In this document: positions 17,050 to 64,000 of the stretch, one piece after another
How the letters are laid out: each line of letters begins with the position of its first letter
Numbering within the stretch: position 1 is the stretch's first letter
NCBI RefSeq assembly: GCF_009914755.1
Contig: NC_060932.1
Source of the DNA: the human T2T-CHM13v2.0 reference genome, Homo sapiens
Direction: 5' to 3' (one strand)
Length of the DNA stretch: 64,000 nt
Notes under the pieces: model-generated
What the model saw: only the letters and a program-made list of their open reading frames with translations
Database searches by the model: none
Told to the model about the DNA's origin: nothing
Position numbers and translations under genes: made by a program

Positions 17050-17251
17050 GCCAGGACTTCCGCCTGCTGGGCCATTGTTGCAGGACCACAGCTTCGAGGT
17101 TGCGCAACACCTTTAGTAAACACTTCCTGAATCAGAGACAAGAATGAACCAGGGAGTTTCATTCTGTCTCACTGGAGAGGAGGCAGGGACAGACCCAGCA
17201 GCACCCACCTGAGCGAGAAGAGCAGACACCGTGCTCCTGGAATCACCCAGC
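17050..17251 (+). promoter_or_regulatory. ADAM28 proximal promoter and 5'UTR (TATA-less, not a CpG island)
   Basis: Immediately upstream of the ATG. Motif cluster: ETS acttccg 17056, RUNX gaccaca 17084, C/EBP gttgcgcaac 17099, FOX gtaaaca 17116, ETS cacttcctg 17121. The exact TSS is not determinable from sequence. Confidence 0.7.
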
Positions 17252-62669
<45,418 letters not shown>

Positions 62670-64000
62670 GTAAGTGGCCTTGTCTGAACCTTCCTGCTTC
62701 ACAGACTAGAGCAATGGTACACTTCCAGCTACACATTCTGATTTATTCCAGTTAAAGGGAAAGTGCATTTGGTCATCAATCATTTGACAAACATTTATTG
62801 AGTAACTACTATGTGCCATGATGTGGGCTAGGTACCGAGTCTAAAACAACAAATAAGAAATGGCTTCTTTCTTCAAGTATCTCATGGTGGGTGCTTCAGA
62901 TGACACAAAGCACAGTCATTGTTGGGTAGAATGAATGGTTGTGATGGAACATGCCACAAAGAATGGGTCTGGTTAGAAATTTGTCCAGGGATTTCCCAGT
63001 ATAAATCAGATGCTTTCTCAATCTCATGTTTTTCCTTGTAAGATTCAGAGTAGAAATATTTATCTACCCAGAGGAATAACAGATGCAGTGCTTGAACAGT
63101 TTTTTAAACTTTCAGTAGAATTACATAAAGAAAAAATACAATATGAAAATATTGACAATTCATCTGAAGAGTTTGTTAGTTTTAGTACTGATATCCGGGA
63201 AAACACTATAGAACAGCACACCAGAAGAACTTGGGATTTTTCTATGGTTTAATTCTGCAATTTTGAGATGAGTTTTAAAATCCAATTATAGATTAAACTC
63301 TTTGTACCTGCTCTAAATTTTACACATACCAAATAATATATAACAAGAGGTTGCACAAGATCAACATTTCCCAAAGTTTGTCTATTGGACACGAATTTCT
63401 CTGAATGACAGGTATTACCAAACTATACTTTGGATATAGGGTTATCTCTTGGGAGAATCTGTGCCTAAAGAACAATCATTTTCGGTGGTCTTGTGGTCTC
63501 TTCTTTATAGGAAACCAGGGCAGATTCAAAAGAGGAAATTATGTAAAAGGCAGTATGTGAGGGCCAGAGGAAGGGCAATTGTAGGTGGTGAATGGGAAGA
63601 GAGTGGGTCTCGCCATCTTTCCTTTGCAGTCTGTGCACACAACAGTGTCCCATATAACTCTTTGCATGAGCATTAGTTTCTGTGCTCTAGTGGCTCAAGC
63701 AGCTCCTTCACCCCACAAACTACCCTCCTAGTCACTTCTCAGTAGTCATTGGCTATAGTGAAGAGTTAGCCTGAAATTCCCTGTGCCCTAAACCATCCTT
63801 TATCGCTTTACCTAAGTGATTCAAGAAAAACACACTCTCATATTTTGAGAGAATATATGCCTTTCTCCACTCCTCAAACATATTTTCTACAGCCAAGAGA
63901 GATCAAAAAATCTGATGCCATCACTTTCTGGATACTTTTTTCACAGCCCTCTTCCGAATTCTACATAAAGCAATTGACTTCCATTTTATTGTCTTTTAGT

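Overview
Primate, almost certainly human, AT-rich and repeat-dense genomic DNA. It contains the promoter and coding exons 1-15 of ADAM28 on the + strand (ATG at 17252; the membrane isoform continues beyond the window). All 15 exons were reconstructed by hand with GT-AG boundaries and a continuous frame: signal peptide, prodomain, reprolysin metalloprotease ([12 protein letters not shown]), disintegrin and the start of the Cys-rich domain. Read-through of exon 14 gives a 540-aa secreted isoform (ADAM28s). The rest is L1, Alu, LTR (THE1, MLT, MER57, MER74-like), DNA transposon (MER53, Tigger3a), L2/MIR and microsatellite sequence. Nearly all listed ORFs are repeat-derived or spurious. I found no new multi-gene system. 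The best leads are: (1) a duplicated branch point/3' splice site followed by stop plus AATAAA in intron 14, a possible third secreted isoform; (2) two spliceable antisense exons in intron 1; (3) a 5' splice site re-created at the exon 1/2 junction; (4) a MER53 hairpin in the secreted-isoform 3' region; (5) a TSD-flanked, polyadenylated orphan insert inside an old L1; (6) several templated or inverted duplications. Repeat subfamily names are from memory of consensus sequences, and repeat boundaries are approximate unless TSDs are given.
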